Source: a plasmid | Sequence record: NZ_CP092205.1 | Direction: 5' to 3' (one strand) | DNA length: 64,000 nucleotides | Shown: positions 31,409 through 43,663 of the stretch, in pieces | Position numbering within the stretch: position 1 is the first letter of the stretch | How the letters are laid out: the number at the start of each line of letters is the position of its first letter | The notes under the pieces: model-generated | The model's database searches: none | Seen by the model: only the letters and a program-made list of their open reading frames with translations | Told to the model about the DNA's origin: nothing | Position numbers and translations under genes: made by a program

Positions 31409-32095
31409 TTAAATCCACTCATCTGGTTTTCGATATACGTTTCCAAATAAATCATATACTTCACTTGGAAATTGAGAATTATGGATAGCTGAATTCCGAA
31501 TATCTTTCATAAAATCGCAATTCTTTTTTAAAACTTGGCTCGGGTTTTTTTGGGGATTAAGATATCCAACTTGTTTTTTAAAATCGTTTCTTATTATTCT
31601 AACGGGTTCTAAAAGGTCGGAGTCACCTGAAATTAGAACAGCTACGTCATATTCATTTTTGCAAGCATCATACAGCATATGAGTGGCAAGATTAACATCC
31701 GAGCCTTTTTCTTCAGTCTTGATTACATTAGCAAATCCTGGGCTATCAGCTAATTTCATCTTCACAGTATGGGATAAGAAATGACCGTAATAGACTTCAA
31801 AATTAGGATTTGTTTTTAATGCTTTAATATAATTTTGCTGACGATTCAATGGTCCATTATCATTTTGCCTAGGTTTTACTTCGGCAGTATAATATTTAAT
31901 TTTTAGAATTTGATGCAAATTGGATGGAAGAAGAATGGAACAGAGTCTGCTAAAATCTAACCATTTATATTTGGTCCCTTTTACTTTCCCATAGTAAAAG
32001 TTGAAGGCATCAATATAAACATAAGTTCTTTTGGCTGTCATAATAAAGCAAGGGCTACCTCTTTCGAAGTAGCCCCGCGCCCTACGCATTACCAT
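31409..32095 (-). CDS. NYN-domain (PIN-like) ribonuclease
   Basis: YVYIDAFNFYYG…EKGSDVNLATHML…DVAVLISGDSDLL match NYN/LabA-like catalytic motifs. Opposite strand inside the tail cluster. Confidence 0.55.
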   Translation of the reverse strand: MVMRRARGYFERGSPCFIMTAKRTYVYIDAFNFYYGKVKGTKYKWLDFSRLCSILLPSNLHQILKIKYYTAEVKPRQNDNGPLNRQQNYIKALKTNPNFEVYYGHFLSHTVKMKLADSPGFANVIKTEEKGSDVNLATHMLYDACKNEYDVAVLISGDSDLLEPVRIIRNDFKKQVGYLNPQKNPSQVLKKNCDFMKDIRNSAIHNSQFPSEVYDLFGNVYRKPDEWI

Positions 32096-32235
32096 AGGGG
32101 TTATACACCTTTTTATAGCATGATCGATAATTTTGTCAATCGAATAAACTTGATAATTTTCAAGTATCTAAAGTATTTGGACATTTTCAAATTAGGCATC
32201 TTCTCCGATGTTGCACTTGCGTACATGATTGGAGA

Positions 32236-32947
32236 ATGAGAATTCTAGAACCAAATAAAAGAGTTATCTTAAATGTAAAATACGAAGGTGGCTCTTACAA
32301 ATTCGAAGCGGATATCGCCGATCCGAGTACGGAACTCGACATTGAAATCGCGGTTGCGAAACGATTAAACGGGGCATCGCTTGAATCGATTCCGAACACG
32401 ACTTACGGGTATATCTACGCAATCGCTACGTTAAACCACGTCATCAAACAAATTCCTGAAGATTTTCCAATTTTCGACATTCAGACCTTTGAGCAGATAA
32501 GGGACAAAGAGTTTGTTATCAGACTCTTTAAAGAATACGAGAAAAAGGAAAACTGGTTTAAATCAGAGTTAAAAAAAAATAGGGACGCTCGACGCACTGA
32601 ACGACGAAGAGAATCTTCTCGACCTCTTCCTTATGAACCAGATGAAAATACTTCCGAAAGGGGTAACTCATTTGGGAAATCTTTTTCTAGAACAAAAGAG
32701 GTTCATCCTCGAGGCGACGGCCAGACTCGACATTCCGAATCTTCTCATGAGAGCGAAACTACAATCTCAGAAACGCCAAGTTCTGAAGATGAAACCGATG
32801 GAATTCCTGGAGAATATAAGCCCGGCAATGGCTCATATCCTGGAGGCAGAGGCCGGGTACTCACAAGACATGCTCACGAGTGAAGGGGAATTAAAACGAA
32901 AAGAACTTTTAGACAGAATCGATAACGAATTAAAATTCTATGGCTGA
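32236..32947 (+). CDS. tail assembly chaperone candidate with frameshift at an A9 tract
   Basis: Frame 1 (32236…) degenerates into low-complexity after the A9 run at 32571-32579. The +1 frame opens exactly within the run, reads as protein and stops at 32947, overlapping the tape-measure start. Confidence 0.45.
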
Positions 32948-33569
32948 AGAATCCTTAAATATAAAAGTCAAGGCAACGCCTGACTTCAAGTCAGTAGAAA
33001 AAGAATACGACCGAATTGCAAAAAAGGGGAAAAAAGGAATCCCTGTTTCCGGTCTTGGAAAAGTGCCCGAGAAAAAGAGATCTTCCAGTGGGAGCGGAAA
33101 CGGTGGCGGCAGTTCCGAAAAAAAGAAACTCGAAGCGGCATCTCGGTATGCCGGGGGAAGTGCTATGGCTTCGAAAGTCGGAGCCGATGGATCGGATTTA
33201 GACGAAACTCAAAGAGGTGGTTTTTTTAATACTCTTGATAAAAAGATTTCTGCCGCTCGCGAACTGTTGCGAAAAAAGAAAAAGAAGAAAGACGGCGAAG
33301 ATGAAGAATCTTCTCCTAATTCGAGTCCAAGTGGAATTGGTCTCACCTCTGCAAAACAACTTCAACTTCAAAAAGCAGAAATTAAAATTCAACACGCAAA
33401 TTTTGACAAAGGAGGATTCTCAGGACTTCCGGGATCTGTAGGCGGAGGAGGGTCGGGAACAGACGGCGGATCAGTCAAAGGAAATAATTTTTCACTGATG
33501 GGAGCCGCGATTCCAATCGCCGGAGCCGCTTTTGCAATCGCGGGAGGAGTGCTACTCATCTCTACGTAA
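32940..33569 (+). CDS. tape-measure protein candidate, N-terminal segment
   Basis: Gly-rich with a hydrophobic stretch, directly after the chaperone. Terminates inside repeat copy B. Confidence 0.4.
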   Translation: MAEESLNIKVKATPDFKSVEKEYDRIAKKGKKGIPVSGLGKVPEKKRSSSGSGNGGGSSEKKKLEAASRYAGGSAMASKVGADGSDLDETQRGGFFNTLDKKISAARELLRKKKKKKDGEDEESSPNSSPSGIGLTSAKQLQLQKAEIKIQHANFDKGGFSGLPGSVGGGGSGTDGGSVKGNNFSLMGAAIPIAGAAFAIAGGVLLIST

Positions 33570-33647
33570 TAGAGTGTCTAAAATTCTGCGTCTAAACGTG
33601 GGATTTGTGCTCAAATTAACGGTACTCTATTTTATAGGGATCAGTAA
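33556..33647. repeat. ~90-bp repeat element, copy B
   Basis: Matches 22740-22825. Sits exactly between the two tape-measure-like ORFs. Confidence 0.6.
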
Positions 33648-33685
33648 AGACAATCTCCGCAATCGGGGAACAGTATCACGCGGCA

Positions 33686-34750
33686 ATGCAAAGTCAGTCC
33701 GGAACAATTGGCGCGACCGGCGGATACGTTGGAGGTGGGGGAGGGTATTTCTCAAATTCAGAACTCGCACAAGCAAACGTTGCTCGCGGTCGTGTAACAG
33801 GTGAAAACATTTTTGGAAAGGGAAACCAAATCGATTCTAAAACAATGCTCTTTGCCGCTTCTCAAGGAAAAGGAATTGCTGAAGTCGTAAAAGAGTTAGA
33901 AACAATTCGAAAAGATTCAAAAAATGCGGACATTAGTTTTCTTCGAGGAGGTGCTTCGGCTTCCGGATTTCAGGGTTTAAGACAATCCGAATATATCTCA
34001 AAACTAGCAACCATTTCTGAAAATTTAAGAGGAAAAGGATACTCGGGAGATATAAGCGACTACGCTAAATTCTCAGCCGGTATGCAAAGAACAGACGGAA
34101 TCAATATGGATCCTTCAAGACGTATGGCATTATCCGAACAGCTTTCCGATCAAGGAAGACAAGGAGCTTTTGGAGGAGGAGTCTTTGGTTCTCTTTCCAT
34201 GGCTGAAGCCTTGAAAGCAAATGGAGGAGACGTGATAAAAGCAATTAGGGAATCCGAACTAAATCCCGGAAAATATATGTCTTCGGCAATGGGGGGACTC
34301 GATGCAACGACTCGCGGACTCGTAAATAAAATGCAAGGCGGAAGTTTTTCCGAGATTGCAGGAATGAAATTCGGATACAACGACATAAAATTCGATAACT
34401 CTAAAATTGACGCAGGATTTAACAAGGGACTCAGTCTTGATAATGCAAAAAAAGAAACGTTTGCAACCGACGTTGGAGCGCAGGCCGCACAAATCGGTTA
34501 CGATATGAATAAAGCGATGATCGATTTATTCAACGAAAACAAGGGCGCGATGAAAAGTTTAGCAACAACAGTCTCAAACATTGAAAAGTCTGTGATTCCA
34601 GTTATCTCCGGACAGATCACATCGCTTGTCGGAACAATCGACAAACTTGCAAAAGGTGATTTTGGCGGGGCACTCGGGGAAATGATGGGAGGTCTTGGAA
34701 AACTTGCGACTCTTGCAAACCCCGCCGGTCTTTTGGTACGATCTAAATAG
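33686..34750 (+). CDS. tape-measure protein candidate, C-terminal segment
   Basis: Gly/Ala/Ser-rich low-complexity with GG motifs typical of TMPs. Confidence 0.4.
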   Translation: MQSQSGTIGATGGYVGGGGGYFSNSELAQANVARGRVTGENIFGKGNQIDSKTMLFAASQGKGIAEVVKELETIRKDSKNADISFLRGGASASGFQGLRQSEYISKLATISENLRGKGYSGDISDYAKFSAGMQRTDGINMDPSRRMALSEQLSDQGRQGAFGGGVFGSLSMAEALKANGGDVIKAIRESELNPGKYMSSAMGGLDATTRGLVNKMQGGSFSEIAGMKFGYNDIKFDNSKIDAGFNKGLSLDNAKKETFATDVGAQAAQIGYDMNKAMIDLFNENKGAMKSLATTVSNIEKSVIPVISGQITSLVGTIDKLAKGDFGGALGEMMGGLGKLATLANPAGLLVRSK

Positions 34751-34791
34751 TCTAACTATTCCGATATTTCATTCCAATTCAAAATAGAGGC

Positions 34792-35181
34792 ATGGAAATA
34801 CATCGTGTCCTTTTTCAGCTTTTCAATAGAACCGGCGTTGCAATCGAAAGAGAGGTTGAGGAATTCGCTCAAGAATTCCAGGTCCAACAACCTCAAAAAC
34901 TTACCAAGGCATTTAAACAAACAGACAATCTTGTAACGATCCCGATTCCTGCAGGGATTCAGTTTAAATACGTTCTCATTCTTGCAACTTACCTAGCCGA
35001 TGACACAGCGATCGGAATAAAAAAAGACGATCCCGCACCAATTATTGTTCGAATCAATGGATCGGCAATCGATCATCCTTTACCGCAAGGGTTTATGGCT
35101 TGGACCGGAGGACTTACTTCTTTGAGAGTCGCAACGACCTACGACACGAATCAAGTTTTAGTAGAAGTTTATTTGGGATAA
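34792..35181 (+). CDS. hypothetical tail protein
   Basis: 129-aa ORF; its stop overlaps the next start (TAATG). Confidence 0.35.
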   Translation: MEIHRVLFQLFNRTGVAIEREVEEFAQEFQVQQPQKLTKAFKQTDNLVTIPIPAGIQFKYVLILATYLADDTAIGIKKDDPAPIIVRINGSAIDHPLPQGFMAWTGGLTSLRVATTYDTNQVLVEVYLG

Positions 35182-35710
35182 TGAATTCAGTTTTTGATTT
35201 CTTACTAGGAGGGATTGGAAACCAAGTTCGAATCGGAAAGGGTGGTCCTCAAATCAAAGGATCCTCTTCCGGTTTGGATATTCGTCTTCCGGATGATTCC
35301 GATTTTGGAACTCTGAGAGTTGCCGCGCCTCAGTTTGGAAACGACGCAGTCAATCTAGACTGGATCAAAGGGCAAGTTCTTTCGAATTGGAATACGCCCG
35401 TTCAATCTTTAGCGGATCTCAGAGCGATTTCTTCTTTCGATCGAAAAGATAGACAGATCAGAGAAGTAGAGGATGAACTTGCATTTTATCAATTCGACTT
35501 AGAATCAACTGCCGCGGTACCGGATCCGCACGATGTAACTCGAAGTATTGTCCCCAATGATATTGTACTACCGAACCCTGGTAGATGGTTAAAAACTACA
35601 GCTCGTGTACAACAACATTCCCAACTTCTGGGATTAGCCTCAAGCGACGATCATCCACAATATCAATTACGTTCTGAAAAAAACTTAATGAATGGATTTC
35701 CCGGACTTTC
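35182..35710 (+). pseudogene. tail fibre-like gene, 5' part interrupted by IS66-family element
   Basis: Reading frame continues precisely across the IS (…NGFPGLS | NDLGNPGIQLV…) once the IS and one 8-bp TSD are removed. Confidence 0.55.
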
Positions 35711-35769
35711 GTAACCACCCAACTAACCACACCTTCCGCTAATTTCAAAAATCTGTTAAAATCCTTTTA

Positions 35770-36057
35770 ATGAAAAAACCGAATATCGATTGGCAAAAAG
35801 AGTTTGAAGATTTTTCCAAAAGCGGACTTTCCCAGCCTCAGTATTGTAAAGAAAAAGGGATTAAATATACGACGTTTCGTTACCATTGGGAGAGACGATT
35901 AAAAAAACAGGACAAAGACGGCTTTGTAGAAGTGCCTCACTCAGCATTAAACGTTAGCTCTGCTTCAGGGTCTGAATTTTTGACTCTAAAAATAGATTCG
36001 TCAGGTAAGGCGCATCTTCAAATGAATCTTCAGTTTAGTCTTGGTATATGGAGCTAA
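35770..36057 (+). CDS. tnpA: IS66 Orf1 (TnpA-like)
   Basis: 95 aa, HTH-like, first ORF of the IS. Confidence 0.7.
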   Translation: MKKPNIDWQKEFEDFSKSGLSQPQYCKEKGIKYTTFRYHWERRLKKQDKDGFVEVPHSALNVSSASGSEFLTLKIDSSGKAHLQMNLQFSLGIWS

Positions 36058-36395
36058 ACCCGGGTAGCAGAAAAGTGTATTTGAGACCTGGGGTCACAGA
36101 TTTAAGGAAGTCAATCAATACACTTGCGATCATCGTAGAGGGCAGAATGAAGAAGGACCCATATTCAGAGAGCCTATTTTTATTCTGCAATCGTAAGAAG
36201 GACAAACTGAAAATGCTTTATTGGGACAAGAGTGGATTTTGTCTTTGGCAGAAGAGATTGGAAGAAAGCAAATTTCCGTGGCCGAACACGGAGGAAGAAG
36301 TTCAAAAGATTCCCGTGGAAAGATTTCATTGGCTATTGAACGGAATTGATTTTTTCAAGGAACACAAGAAACTAAAATATCAGAAAGTAAGCTGA
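36048..36395 (+). CDS. tnpB: IS66 Orf2 (TnpB-like)
   Basis: 115 aa, MELNPGSRKVYLRPGVTDLRKSINTLAIIVEG typical of IS66 Orf2. Confidence 0.75.
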   Translation: MELNPGSRKVYLRPGVTDLRKSINTLAIIVEGRMKKDPYSESLFLFCNRKKDKLKMLYWDKSGFCLWQKRLEESKFPWPNTEEEVQKIPVERFHWLLNGIDFFKEHKKLKYQKVS

Positions 36396-36437
36396 AACGA
36401 TTGACTAAAACTTTGTGTTGATTACAACTTCATCATC

Positions 36438-38099
<1,662 letters not shown>

Positions 38100-38107
38100 T
38101 CGCTTAC

Positions 38108-39097
38108 GGACTTTCTAATGATCTTGGAAATCCAGGAATACAGCTAGTTTCAAATGGTTCGATAGTGAGTGTGATTCGCTCTCTTGCGACGGCCGCAAAA
38201 TCCTATTTTTTACCCGATAAAAACGGAACGATTGCCTTAGATGATCCGTTCATCGGTGCGACTGATACGATCAACGGAGCGAAAGGTTTAGTACCCGTTC
38301 CACTCATTGCAGACAGAGAACGTTTCTTATCCGGAGACGGAACGTGGAGAACAAATTTTGGATCTCTTAAAAATTCAATACTTCAAAATGGATCTTATAC
38401 CGCCTCCAAATACGAGCGAGTATTGTGCGATGTCTCGGGAGGTAGTATTTCAATTACTCTTCCGCTAAGTCCCGATGACAACGTAGTCGTTGGAATTTTA
38501 GACATTTCGAATTTAGCCGGAACTCACACGATCACTGTTTTAAGAAACGGCCAACTGATCGAAGATCTGCCTGAAGACTGGCAATTAGATTTAGACGGTG
38601 GATATTGGGAACTTGCCTACTCCGCTCAAAGAGGAAGCTGGTATTTTCTTTCCATTCCAGCGTATAACAACGTTTCTCCTTCCAGTGGTTTTATCACGGA
38701 TTCTCCACTTTTTACCGAAACCTCTCTTTCTCCTTCCGCAAGAGCGGTCAAACAATACGCCGACACACAAGATTTAATTGTAATTCAAAGTGTTGCGTTA
38801 GTCGGCACCATGCAAGAAGGATCCGGGAATGCACCTGTAGGCACTCTTGTAAAAAACGCTTGGTTTGAAGGAACAACCGACTCGTCCGGTCTTTGTTCGG
38901 TTTCTACAGGTCTCGGAAATAATATTTTATCTGTGATCGCTTCCGTCAGTGACGGATCCGGGAAATGGTTTTCCATTTCAACATCGGGAGGTGCGAACAC
39001 ACTCTTTTATAACGATTCAGGTCATGTGTCGTTTCAATTCAGTGGGAATCCACTCTTTCAAATGCGCGCGGTAAGATTCAAGGTTGAACACAAGTGA
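38108..39097 (+). pseudogene. tail fibre-like gene, 3' part downstream of IS66 copy 1
   Basis: Continuation of the 35182 frame after the TSD; ORF-track start at 38030 lies inside the IS. Confidence 0.5.
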
Positions 39098-40458
39098 AAT
39101 CTTTTAAAAACGATTATTTAAAAGACAACGCTCTACGTGCATACATTGACAATCTTGTATCTGCGGAAGTATCAGCCAGAGTGAATGCGATCGCTTCGTT
39201 ACAATCTTCGATCAATGCAAAAATAAATTCTTCATTAATAGCTGTTCAAAACGGTCTCGCGACTCTCGATACAAATGGGATTTTATCTTTAAGTCAACGG
39301 CCTGCGGTTGTCGGTGGAGGAAACGTATTTATCTTTCGACCGGGAGAGCCGACTCCATCCGGAAATGTATATAACGACTGGACAACGATGATGTCCGCGA
39401 CATTCAATATTCAAGGATTAAAATACATTCAATTCGACGACTCTCTCCAAGGAATTGTTGTTCCGGTAGATAACGTAAATTTTTCTGAATTCATTTTACT
39501 TTCCAGGTACAAAAAGGCAACGTATACCGATGTTTCTTTTGCATCCGGGTTTTTACTCAGTACATGGCCTTTAGAGATCAGAGGATTAAATCTCAAATTC
39601 GCATCCCATTTTAACGATAACTCGGGAACAAATTCGTTCTCCATGATCGACGCAAGTATTCAATACAATGGAACCAGTTCGAACGGGATCGATTTTTATA
39701 TCGGTTCTTTAACTATTTTCATGCAAAACTCCCAAATCGTCGGACCAGGGAATTCTCTGTTTTCTCTAAATAATCGGCTTCTTGGAATCTTCACTTTTAC
39801 GGGGATCTGTAATGTTGAAACAAATTTAATCAAGAGTAACTCGTCAGGTTCTTTAAACGTTACAAATTACGGAGCTTCCGGTCTTATCAATGGAAATGTC
39901 GTACAATCTCAAAGTTTATTCTTGGGAACTCGCACGGATATTGATCTTGTACATACTTTAGAAAAAACGATTTCCTCGAAAGGACAACTGATTACACGCA
40001 ACGGATCGGGAAACTTTGTAGCCTTTCCGGTCGGTGCAGACAACGAGTTACTCGCGTATGACTCTTCAACCGCATCCGGTCTAAAGACAGTTCCTCCTCC
40101 AAGTGCATTGAATACACCCGGAATGAAAACGGTTACGGATTACGTGAGACAATCTTCACCCGTAACAGCTCTTCTTACCGCGGGGAGTAAGACGATCGAT
40201 TGTTCCAGTGCAAATCTATTCAGAATCACAGGAGGAACCGCGACAATCACACTTTCAAATCTAACGGAGAACGAAGTTGTAAATATAGTCTTTGAAACAA
40301 TAGGTTCTGCATATACAATCACTTGGGCCGGTGGAACTTTCCTTTGGCCGGGGGCAACAGTTCCGACCCCAACCTCTACGGCTTCCAGAAAAGATATTTT
40401 TACTTTTATTAAAATCAATGGTCAAATTTTCGGATCGGCCGTTTTAAACATGGGTTAA
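39094..40458 (+). CDS. tail fibre-like protein
   Basis: 454 aa, Ser/Thr/Asn/Gly-rich beta-rich composition, start overlaps previous stop. Confidence 0.4.
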   Translation: MKSFKNDYLKDNALRAYIDNLVSAEVSARVNAIASLQSSINAKINSSLIAVQNGLATLDTNGILSLSQRPAVVGGGNVFIFRPGEPTPSGNVYNDWTTMMSATFNIQGLKYIQFDDSLQGIVVPVDNVNFSEFILLSRYKKATYTDVSFASGFLLSTWPLEIRGLNLKFASHFNDNSGTNSFSMIDASIQYNGTSSNGIDFYIGSLTIFMQNSQIVGPGNSLFSLNNRLLGIFTFTGICNVETNLIKSNSSGSLNVTNYGASGLINGNVVQSQSLFLGTRTDIDLVHTLEKTISSKGQLITRNGSGNFVAFPVGADNELLAYDSSTASGLKTVPPPSALNTPGMKTVTDYVRQSSPVTALLTAGSKTIDCSSANLFRITGGTATITLSNLTENEVVNIVFETIGSAYTITWAGGTFLWPGATVPTPTSTASRKDIFTFIKINGQIFGSAVLNMG

Positions 40459-40462
40459 ACGA

Positions 40463-41553
40463 ATGTTTCTTCCTTTCGGATTTTTTAAAAATCAAGTTCC
40501 AAAACCGATCTTAGATCCAGCATATCCTAGCGGAGGAGTTGGAAACTATATCAAAGCAATGGTTCAATCCGGAAATACGATTTTTGTCGGAGGATATTTC
40601 ACATCGATCGGTGGACAAACGAGGAATCGTATTGCGGCAATCGACGCAACAACCGGAAACGTTCTCTCTTGGTATCCGACAGGCGGCGCAAATTCCGACG
40701 TATTGGGAATGGCTTTGAATGGAAATACTCTCTATGTAGCCGGTCGATCGGAGGAGTTACGCGAAACGGAATTACAGCGTTAGACGCAACGACGGGTGCT
40801 GTCTTATCCTGGTATCCAACAGGTGGACTTGGAGGTAGCATGGTAGGAAAGTGTTTAGTTCTTTCCGGAACTACATTATATATCGGCGGAGCCTTTTCAT
40901 CGATTGGTGGTACGGCTCGAACAAATATTGGAGCTGTGGATACAAATACAGGAGCAACCTTGTCTTGGTATCCGACAGGTGGGGTCAATTTTTCTTTAAA
41001 CGTTTTGTATTTAAGTAACGGAGTCCTTTATTTAGGCGGGGGATTTACTTCTGTCGGAGGGCAGTCACGTACACTTTTAGCCGCCGTAGATCCGACTACA
41101 GGGAGTGTCCTTCCATGGAACCCAACAAATGGCTCTGGAAATAATTACATATCTGATATTCTTCGTAGTGGAAATACGGTCTATGTTGGAGGGACATTTA
41201 TTTCTCTAAATAGTACATTACGATTTGGAATTGCCGCGATCAATGCAACTACGGGAGCAATCCTTTCTTGGTACCCGGATTTAAACGGTGGTCAAGTCAC
41301 TGGTCTTGCGATAAACGGAACGTCTTTGTATATAACGGGATTATTTTCAACAGTCAACGGAGTTGCAAGAAATAGAATTGCCGCAGTCAGTACGATAAAT
41401 GCGGGAACTCTCCCCTGGTATCCAGTGGGTGGAGTCGATTCAGGTGTGGATTCATCGTATGCGTTAAATGACAATACTTGGTGGTTAGCGGGTGGTTTCG
41501 CAACAGTCGGAGGACAAACCCGCGCTCGAATCGCAAAATTAAATCTTTCGTAA
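40463..41553 (+). pseudogene. repeat (SWYPTGG) beta-propeller-like fibre protein, frameshifted
   Basis: Eight or more copies of a ~45-aa repeat (…FxSIGGxxRxxIAAxDATTGxxLSWYPTGG…). Frames switch at ~40745 within a repeat. Confidence 0.45.
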
Positions 41554-41580
41554 CGGGAAGAATTTTTTAAACAAAATATT

Positions 41581-43209
41581 CTAAAAAACTAAATCCTTGT
41601 CCGGTTCAAATTCCTCTTCGAATTCTTCATTTGACTCTTCGTCGTCTATCCCGTTTTCATTTTGTTCGGGATTTTCATCATATCCCATTTCAGAATAATC
41701 CTGACTTTGAACAGCTCCCGTAGCGTTTTGCTGGATTTGCATCATATTCTGTTGAAAAATTGGATTTAATATGAGGGCTCCTGCCATTTTGTAATCTTCA
41801 ACCGGAACGCCATAGAGATCGGCGAGTGTTTCGCCCACTGTCGGATCATCTTGTGCAATTCGAATTTCATCCACGAGTTTCCAATTCATTACTTCGTCTT
41901 TTTGTTTTTGAATTTTATCCTTCTCATCTTCCGGATCCTTTCCGCTAAATTCGCAAACAATCCCTCCGAAATCATCTTCCCGAAAATTTTTGAGTCTCGT
42001 AAACGCAGATTCAAAGTAAGTTAAAAGACTAAGTTTAGCACGAGTCATCGAGTGCTTGCTTTTTTCGGTTTGGTTTGCTTCTGATAAAGATTGTGAACCG
42101 ATAAGACGCAAGCCTAATTCCGATTGATCCATTCCATGGCCCATGAGTACAAGACTCACGCACCACTGCATGAGATCTTTAAATACCATTTCATTCGGAA
42201 TGTTGAGTGGTGTCCATTTTACCTCACCCGCAGAAGTACCCAAAATCGGAATGCGATGGGAGTCATCGAGGCCTGAAATCATTTCTTGCCATTGAAGCTG
42301 AAGAGAATCTAACGCTTCTTGGCTGATATCACCTTGGAAAGAGAGATAACCGTAAGGATGTTGTCTGGAAAACGTATCTCGATTGAATTTTAGAGAATTG
42401 ATAACGCCAACAAGATCGAGCATACAGGCCTCTAATGGAGAAAAGCCAAAGCCCCTCATGGAAACGTCTGAAAGATGATTTTTGTGAAGCCAAAGAATTT
42501 CGTTCGCTCCAAACGTCTCGACTATGTTGTCATCGATGATTTGAACATACGCAATGGAACGATCTCCTCTGTACCCTTTTGCGGGATCCACGGGAAAAAT
42601 TGTCGCAGGATCCAAATATCTGATTTCGATTAACTTGCCGAAGGGATTAAAAATTAGAAAAAACGCGATTGAATCGATAGTGAGAGTATCTCTCGTCATC
42701 ATTTCGAAAACAGAACCTAGGTGATCGCGATTTGCCCAACCGGCCGTTAAATCACCCATCTTATCAAACCATTTACCGCATCGTTTCATACGAGTGCTGA
42801 TTTCATCCGTTACCTCTTCATCCTCGTCTTCCATTCGAAACCACAAACCACATTTGGAACTGATCCGCGCAAACTTACTCAAGTCCTCAACGCGAACCGT
42901 ATGAATTGCAGAAATCAAAGAAGTGCCGTAACTGGCACTGCGAAGATGAGGAATAGGGATTCTCCAAGTCGGCCGCAACTGAATCCCATCTCGGATTTGT
43001 TGCATCTGATCGTAGTTATATACGGGATTACGGCCGGCGACTTCCGGAGTGTTCACTTGACCGAACCAGGATTTAGCAAGGTGTAAGAGTCTTTGATTGA
43101 TCTTTTCGTTTTTAAGTCCGATCTCTTTGGAACGTTCCAGTCTGATTCTCTTTTCAAGATTCTTTTCATAATCATTTCCACGCGGCCGGCCTTTCCCTTG
43201 TTTCACCAT
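41581..43209 (-). CDS. portal-like protein (tentative)
   Basis: 542 aa with strongly acidic C-terminus; size and composition only. Confidence 0.3.
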   Translation of the reverse strand: MVKQGKGRPRGNDYEKNLEKRIRLERSKEIGLKNEKINQRLLHLAKSWFGQVNTPEVAGRNPVYNYDQMQQIRDGIQLRPTWRIPIPHLRSASYGTSLISAIHTVRVEDLSKFARISSKCGLWFRMEDEDEEVTDEISTRMKRCGKWFDKMGDLTAGWANRDHLGSVFEMMTRDTLTIDSIAFFLIFNPFGKLIEIRYLDPATIFPVDPAKGYRGDRSIAYVQIIDDNIVETFGANEILWLHKNHLSDVSMRGFGFSPLEACMLDLVGVINSLKFNRDTFSRQHPYGYLSFQGDISQEALDSLQLQWQEMISGLDDSHRIPILGTSAGEVKWTPLNIPNEMVFKDLMQWCVSLVLMGHGMDQSELGLRLIGSQSLSEANQTEKSKHSMTRAKLSLLTYFESAFTRLKNFREDDFGGIVCEFSGKDPEDEKDKIQKQKDEVMNWKLVDEIRIAQDDPTVGETLADLYGVPVEDYKMAGALILNPIFQQNMMQIQQNATGAVQSQDYSEMGYDENPEQNENGIDDEESNEEFEEEFEPDKDLVF

Positions 43210-43350
43210 AAACGCGAGTATATGAAAAAAGAATTTATCGGATTATTTTTTTCCGGTTTTTTCCGCTGGGAAAAATAGGTTTCGTCGCAAATCCCTATCG
43301 GCTCAGAGTACACATATCTTTTTCCGATATTCTTTTTTTAGAGTAAGATT

Positions 43351-43662
43351 GTGTTCATGAGTAGGAAATCGATCACCCTGCAAGACATAGGGCGTATTCA
43401 ATATCAAAATCAATTCACAGTTTTGGGAACGGAAAGTTTAAACGATTCCGGAAGATTGTATTATATAACCAATATACACGCGTTAGGTGACTGGACAATT
43501 TTCGTTAAAGGGAACAACGCCGATCAAAAACTCACGAATTATTCCCGGTCTGGCACGGGAGACTTTCAATTTTTTCTTCCTCTTTGCGTATCGGAAGCCT
43601 CTTTCTCCGGAGTAATCGAAGTATCCGGATTTTGGGTGAATGCCTCTCTAGTGTCGCACTGA
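43351..43662 (+). CDS. hypothetical protein
   Basis: 103-aa ORF. Confidence 0.3.
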   Translation: MFMSRKSITLQDIGRIQYQNQFTVLGTESLNDSGRLYYITNIHALGDWTIFVKGNNADQKLTNYSRSGTGDFQFFLPLCVSEASFSGVIEVSGFWVNASLVSH

Positions 43663-43663
43663 T

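Noticed and set aside
32236-32883. The 215-aa frame-1 reading of the chaperone gene as a complete protein
   Set aside because: Its last ~100 residues are Arg/Ser/Glu low-complexity typical of wrong-frame translation, while the +1 frame reads as real protein from the A9 tract onward.
41581-43209. Confident call of the 542-aa minus-strand protein as portal
   Set aside because: Only size and acidic C-terminus support it, and it is distant from and opposite to the head genes; kept at low confidence.
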